The notes under the pieces were generated by a model, which made no database searches, was not told the origin of the DNA, and worked only from the letters and a program-made list of their open reading frames with translations. Below, piece after piece: positions 58,880 to 64,000 of a stretch of 64,000 nt of DNA (positions within the stretch are counted from its first letter, which is position 1; the number at the start of each line of letters is the position of its first letter). The stretch spans positions 4,064,001 through 4,128,000 of the forward strand of contig OX638351.1 in assembly GCA_951813565.1 (NCBI GenBank), given 5' to 3'. The position numbers were made by a program, and so were the translations under genes. The DNA comes from an uncultured Poribacteria bacterium. GTDB lineage: Bacteria; Poribacteria; WGA-4E; WGA-3G.

Positions 58880-59995
58880 TTATTGGATTGTGCTTGCCTT
58901 TAAACCACTACCCGTCAGAACTGAAACCGTCACATCCCCTTCTCGGATAATACCTTCCTGCTTAAACTTCTCATATCCCTCAATTACGACAGCAGAGGTT
59001 GGTTCAACATAGATACCTTTCTCGGCAAGCGTTTTTATTCCCGCCTTAATGTCCGCATCATCAACAGTCGTAAACGCACCATTGGTAAAACGGATCGCCT
59101 CTAAAATCGTTCGCTCTCGGATAGGAATTTCAGCAGTAATACCTTCCGCAAGGGTTGGTCTGGTTTGTAGCATTCTTGAGATGGTGGGTGTTTTATCACA
59201 GTAAGCGTTGTAAATTGGGCAACAGGTTTCAGGTTGAACACCGAGTAAACGGGGAACACGTTCAATCGTCCCCGCTTCGTGCAATTCCCGATAACCGAGA
59301 AAAAGTCCCAGATAGATGCTTCCGAATCCGACAGGACAGATAATATGTGCAGGAACGTCTCCTTCCAACTGCTCAGTTATTTCATAAGCAAGTGTCTTTG
59401 TGCCTTCCAAGAAAAAGGGATGCCAATTGTGAGAAGCATAGCAGGTGTTTTCTGCAGCCAGTTTAACGGCTTCTGTTGTTGCGGTCCGATTTCCCGGCAC
59501 CAGTTTTAACTCTGCACCGTAAGCAGAAATCTGTTTTAATTTACCTTTTGAGGTAGATTCTGGACAGTAGATGGTACAGCGAATACCTGCTCTTGCACTG
59601 TAGGCAGCGATTGCTGCACCTGCATTGCCCGATGAATCCTCAACGACATCTGTAACGCCATGTGCTTTGAGATGTGTCAACAGGACGGATGCACCTCGAT
59701 CTTTATATGAACCGGTTGGACAGAGATAGTCCAGTTTTACATAGTGTTCTGGGTTTTCCGTTGGGTTCAGCGGAATGATAGGGGTCATTCCTTCGCCAAG
59801 GGTGATAATCTCGGAGTCTGTGGGAATAGACAATGCCTCGCGGTAACGCCAAAGTGAGGGTATAGAGGCATCGTATTTTTGAGATCGCGAGGCATTTTTT
59901 TCCAGGGTTAACGGGGAACCACAATCACATTTATATCGTAATGCTGTCACTTTATAGGTAGCATTACATCTATTACACAGATATTGCATGGTCAT
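58880..59995 (-). CDS. thrC: Threonine synthase-like PLP enzyme
   Basis: N-terminal CxxC..CxC, LGEGMTP, PTGSYKDRG, SSGNAG and EPTSA motifs. Confidence 0.8.
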   Translation of the reverse strand: MTMQYLCNRCNATYKVTALRYKCDCGSPLTLEKNASRSQKYDASIPSLWRYREALSIPTDSEIITLGEGMTPIIPLNPTENPEHYVKLDYLCPTGSYKDRGASVLLTHLKAHGVTDVVEDSSGNAGAAIAAYSARAGIRCTIYCPESTSKGKLKQISAYGAELKLVPGNRTATTEAVKLAAENTCYASHNWHPFFLEGTKTLAYEITEQLEGDVPAHIICPVGFGSIYLGLFLGYRELHEAGTIERVPRLLGVQPETCCPIYNAYCDKTPTISRMLQTRPTLAEGITAEIPIRERTILEAIRFTNGAFTTVDDADIKAGIKTLAEKGIYVEPTSAVVIEGYEKFKQEGIIREGDVTVSVLTGSGLKASTIQ

Positions 59996-60672
59996 TCAGT
60001 ATGAGTCTTCAGTTGTCCCCAAGTCATTGCCAACTTGGATACCGGATCGACAGCTTGTGGCATACCAAACAAACCGTCCGGGTCAAAATTCTTTGGTGGT
60101 TCAATAGTGCTGACCCAAACGCGATTGATCCAAATCGGTCCTTTACCGTTCGAAGAAAATCTGAAATCCGAACCATTCGCACGATTCTCAAAACGACCAT
60201 CTTTGATTATCCAAATATGAACGCGCCATTTATCTGTTCCTTCAGGTTTTAAAACAGGAAAAGCACCATCTCCTGCACCACGGAACGCACCGCCAACGGG
60301 ACCAGCACCATTGCTGTCATATTGGCAATTAATCTGTTCCGCCTTGTTGGAGTCAAAATATTCCATGACAATCCAGGCTTTATGGTTTCCGCCGAATAGA
60401 AATGAATCGTCAATTTTGAAATACATGTGGTTGTGTCCTGGTCCATTATAGGGCCAAGGGTTTTCCAAACAGTCCACTTTATCCTGCACAGCAGGTTCTG
60501 TGATTCCATCTCCTTGTTCACTTTGGGTTAGTAATACACCTTCGCTTTCCTCACCAAGGTCTACCCAAATGAAGTTTTCACCTTCAACCGGTTCTTCCGC
60601 AGCAAATGCACCAAGTGAAATCAGAAAGCATTGAATCAAAAGAATTACTGTCAATTGAATACAACGGGACAT
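59992..60672 (-). CDS. Secreted hypothetical protein with C-terminal WG-K tail
   Basis: Signal peptide; C-terminal AVDPVSKLAMTWGQLK; AAGGAGG RBS. Confidence 0.75.
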   Translation of the reverse strand: MSRCIQLTVILLIQCFLISLGAFAAEEPVEGENFIWVDLGEESEGVLLTQSEQGDGITEPAVQDKVDCLENPWPYNGPGHNHMYFKIDDSFLFGGNHKAWIVMEYFDSNKAEQINCQYDSNGAGPVGGAFRGAGDGAFPVLKPEGTDKWRVHIWIIKDGRFENRANGSDFRFSSNGKGPIWINRVWVSTIEPPKNFDPDGLFGMPQAVDPVSKLAMTWGQLKTHTE

Positions 60673-60689
60673 TTTTTTCCTCCTTATAA

Positions 60690-61018
60690 TTGTGAGTTTT
60701 AGTGAAACCTACAATAGTCGTTTGGCGGGAATCCGGAACATCATAAGTGGAAAGCACACCACTGATTAGCGGGAAACCGACGAGTTTTCCATCTGTGTTC
60801 TTAGTATTACCAGCGTAATGCCCATAGTCATTGGTTCCTTTTACTTCCAGAAACTCAATACCAGGCACATTTATCGTCTCATAGATATAATGTGAGGTGT
60901 GTGTTTCGGCAATAGTGATAGGGATGGGTGGTAGATCAACTTGTGCTGCGGCGTGCCACGAAAAACAGATAATTAGACTTATGAACAAGGGAAGTTTCGT
61001 TTTTATGTGGTGACTCAT
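60690..61018 (-). pseudogene. Truncated paralogue of the adjacent repeat protein
   Basis: Signal peptide plus YETINVPGIEFL..YAGNTKNTDGKLVGF.LI.GV.STYD, matching the start of the 61390 repeat unit. Similarity then stops and the frame runs into the next gene. Confidence 0.6.
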
Positions 61019-61077
61019 AGTTATCCTTTTTAGGTTAAAAGAACCATATCGTAGACTGAGTCGAGCGGAGCGAAACT

Positions 61078-61368
61078 CATAACTGTCAATTTAAGCACAT
61101 AATTACCGGATTATCTCTTGTGGGAGGGCTTTGAAAGCCCGACTTTGTGAGATTCAAACAGGTAAATCCAAATCAACGCTGAATACGTGTTTGGTATTCA
61201 GCGGGTGTCACAGCGTTGATTTAAAGGTAGCAGGTATACTCCGTCCGCCGTCCGCTCACATATTTTTGGAAAATATACGGCACACGGCGTGTGCCTACTA
61301 CTTTGCATGTGTATTATCAAGGTTGAAAACTCTCTCACAAGAAAGATTACACGTTAAATTGACACCTG
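61078..61368. mobile_element. Degenerate CATAG-TIR MITE with REPs and a micro-hairpin
   Basis: CATAACTGTCAATTTAAG...TTAAATTGACACCTG; the left part matches the 6055 copy. Confidence 0.6.
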
Positions 61369-61389
61369 TAAGTTCTACACTAATTGACT

Positions 61390-64000
61390 CTACTTTAAAA
61401 TCATGAGTCGACGTGTTTGTTGAAAAGTTGGTGTTGTCAACTGGTAAAAATAGATACCACTTGAGACGCTTTCACCTAAAGTATTCTTGCCATCCCAATA
61501 AGCAGCCTGTCCACGACTATTATAATAGCCTGCGGATTGGATACCGAGCGAAAGTGTGCGAATCACCTTACCCGTTGTATCGTAAATGGATACCGATACA
61601 GGACTATCTTGTGAGAGTTGATACGGAATCCACGTTTCTGGGTTAAATGGATTCGGATAGTTCTGCAACAACTTGTTCTGTAGCGGTTTGCCGATGCTAT
61701 CAAACTTGACAGATAATAGTGCGTTTGCCAGATTATCAGGAGTCACTTTAATAGTGAGTGCTTGTGATTCTACATTGCCGTTCGGACCGATAACGCGTAA
61801 TTCAATCACGTCTCCAACTCTGACAACGCTGCGCCGTGCCAAGTCAGCAGTTGCAGCAGCGAAGTAATCCCCTTGCACCGATGTGGTTATCACGCTGTTT
61901 GTTCTCAGGTTACGCACTATTACCTTATAGCCATCAAACGTTGGTTTACCTTCCAATTGCCCACTGACAACAAACGCCCACGCTTCCTGCGCCTGGGATG
62001 TAGCAAGTGGTGCTGCTGCAGCCTGCGTTCTATTTGTCCACCGTGATCCCACGAAGGCAAAATTGCGCGTCTGTGGCACATTGACGATATAGCCTTGTCC
62101 ACCCTCAATGGGGAATCCATCGTTGGGTGCGCCTGGTGTCCAACCTACAAAACGTTGATTTTCAGCATCAAGTGCTATTATAACTGTCGCGCCAGCTACC
62201 CCTGCAAGTGATTTTGCTGTCATCGGTTTTGGTGATGCCAAAGGCAGAGAAAGCATATTCAAACCTTGCGTCAACGTAACGTTGTAGACATTGCCAAAAA
62301 AATCGCTCACTGGTTTGGTAGCGGGTCTGGCGATAAACCCGTGTCTGCGTCCATCTGCTGAGTCATAGTGTCCGACTATAGAACCGTCCTGATTAATATT
62401 CCAGCCCTCTGTGCTAACGCTGCCCGGAAACTTTAATTTATGTAACCCGTGCTGGAATGAACCGACATAGGTGACCGGGACATCATCCACTGGTTTGGCT
62501 CTGCCCACGAGAGTTCCTGCATCGTTGATACCATGCACAAAAAAGTATTCAAAACTTGCTGCGTTTGGAAGGTCGAGAGATATAAGTCTGCCTTCCAGGG
62601 AACGCATATATGGATGATATATACCATCAGCATCTATGAAACTACCCACCATACGACCACTCGTGTTCACAAAATCAGCATAAGTTGCTGATGCTCCAGC
62701 GGCCTCAACTATTGTGTCACCTGAGAAACCACGGCGAACACCAGAAGCATCTATAAAACTACCTGTCAGTGCACCGGTCGCATCGCTGATACCGTATATC
62801 TCCGTTTGGACGGCACCTGGAAAATCGTATTGCCGCAATTCGCCATTTTCCAAGATGACACCGTGGTAGAGACCCTCGCTATCCTCGTAGTGTCCCGCAG
62901 CTACGCCATTATTACCGAGGGCGTAGAAAAAAGTGTTCTGTGAGCCAGGGAAACTGTATGTCGTAAAAACGCCATCAATTAATGTAAAGCCGACTATTTT
63001 TTCGCCATCCGCACTCATCGTGTTACCTGCGTACCCTTCAAAGTCGGTACTTGCAGTCAACGCTAAAAACGCTACCCCGGGAACGTCAATTGTCTCATAA
63101 GTATAGCTGACATCCTCAAGTGGTACAATGGGTTCATCGGGGACTGCTACACCAGGTCTGGCGATAAAGCCGTGTCTGCGTCCATCTTCTGTGTCATAGT
63201 GTCCGACGATAGAGCCATCCTGATTAATATTAAATCCCTCCGTGCTAACGCTGCCCGGCACCTTAAATGGCTTTAACCCTGCCTGGAATGTACCGACGTA
63301 AGTTTGTGGGACACCACCCTTTGATTTGGCTCGCGCAACGACAATATTTGCATCGTTGATACCGTGCACAAAAAAGTATTCCAACAGTGCTGCTCTTGGA
63401 AGGTCAAGAGATACAAACCTACCTGTCGGAGTGCGTATGTATGGATGATATATACCATCAGCATCTACGTAACTGCCCACCATACCACCGCTTGAGTTGA
63501 CAAAATCGGCAAAAGTTTCCAATGCTCCGTCAACCTCAATTATTTCGTCACCTGAGAAACCACGGCGAACACCAGAAGCATCTATAAAATTACCTGTTAG
63601 TTTCCCGGTCGCATCACTAATACCATATATTTCCGTTTGGACAGCACCCGGAAAATCGTATTGCCGCAATTCGCCATTTTCCAACACGACACCATGGAAC
63701 AGACCATTGCTATCCTCGTAGTGTCCGGCAGCGTTCCCATTATTACCGAGGGCATAGAAATAAGTGTTCTGTGAGCCAGGGAAATCGTAGGTGGTAAAAA
63801 CGCCATCAATTAGCGTAAAGGCGACCTCTTTTTCTCCATCAGTGCTTTTGGTGTAACCCGCGTAATCCTCAAAGTCGCTACTCGCTGTCAACGCTAAAAA
63901 ATCTACACCGGGAACATCAATCGTCTCAAAAGTATAGTTGTCACTGGCGAGTTTGACAACGGGTTCAGTGTTGTCTTGTGCAGCAGTGTCCATAAGAAAA
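61390..64000 (-). CDS. Large secreted tandem-repeat protein with T9SS type A/FlgD-like CTD; 5-prime end probably outside the window
   Basis: Two ~260-aa repeats (ETIDVPGV.FLALTAS...GRRHGFIARP); LLQNYPNPFNPETWIPYQL..WDGKN..SGIYFYQL; the frame is open to the window edge. Confidence 0.8.
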   Translation of the reverse strand, partial: FLMDTAAQDNTEPVVKLASDNYTFETIDVPGVDFLALTASSDFEDYAGYTKSTDGEKEVAFTLIDGVFTTYDFPGSQNTYFYALGNNGNAAGHYEDSNGLFHGVVLENGELRQYDFPGAVQTEIYGISDATGKLTGNFIDASGVRRGFSGDEIIEVDGALETFADFVNSSGGMVGSYVDADGIYHPYIRTPTGRFVSLDLPRAALLEYFFVHGINDANIVVARAKSKGGVPQTYVGTFQAGLKPFKVPGSVSTEGFNINQDGSIVGHYDTEDGRRHGFIARPGVAVPDEPIVPLEDVSYTYETIDVPGVAFLALTASTDFEGYAGNTMSADGEKIVGFTLIDGVFTTYSFPGSQNTFFYALGNNGVAAGHYEDSEGLYHGVILENGELRQYDFPGAVQTEIYGISDATGALTGSFIDASGVRRGFSGDTIVEAAGASATYADFVNTSGRMVGSFIDADGIYHPYMRSLEGRLISLDLPNAASFEYFFVHGINDAGTLVGRAKPVDDVPVTYVGSFQHGLHKLKFPGSVSTEGWNINQDGSIVGHYDSADGRRHGFIARPATKPVSDFFGNVYNVTLTQGLNMLSLPLASPKPMTAKSLAGVAGATVIIALDAENQRFVGWTPGAPNDGFPIEGGQGYIVNVPQTRNFAFVGSRWTNRTQAAAAPLATSQAQEAWAFVVSGQLEGKPTFDGYKVIVRNLRTNSVITTSVQGDYFAAATADLARRSVVRVGDVIELRVIGPNGNVESQALTIKVTPDNLANALLSVKFDSIGKPLQNKLLQNYPNPFNPETWIPYQLSQDSPVSVSIYDTTGKVIRTLSLGIQSAGYYNSRGQAAYWDGKNTLGESVSSGIYFYQLTTPTFQQTRRLMILK

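Overview
A 64-kb stretch of bacterial chromosome. It is probably from Candidatus Poribacteria or a related FCB-associated lineage. This is an inference from the C-terminal AV-x-x-x-x-K-x-A-x-x-W-G-x-x-K tails, the NYPNPFNPETWIPYQL-type CTD, the fused LpxC-FabZ and a DUF6785-like membrane protein. About 45 genes are housekeeping, transport or secreted-protein genes (addA-like helicase, selA, ruvX, mltG, lpxC-fabZ, lpxA, nadE, sppA, pcm, thrB, thrC-like and others). Most intergenic gaps over ~200 bp hold nested non-autonomous mobile DNA: GTAG-type REP hairpins, at least four MITE families with readable target-site duplications, and a family of ~35-nt hairpin micro-insertions. One MITE family repeatedly makes 19-bp duplications inside REP hairpins. 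Notable protein-level observations are a translationally coupled ParA-like ATPase plus small alarmone synthetase cassette beside an IS1634 remnant, a eukaryote-type NAD synthetase, a full-length P-type ATPase with degenerate catalytic motifs, and a beta-barrel-SppA fusion clustered with a PorV-like barrel and a CTD cargo protein. There is also an orphan pair of CRISPR-like repeats. No rRNA, tRNA or cas genes were recognised. All family assignments come from motifs read by eye, not from database searches.
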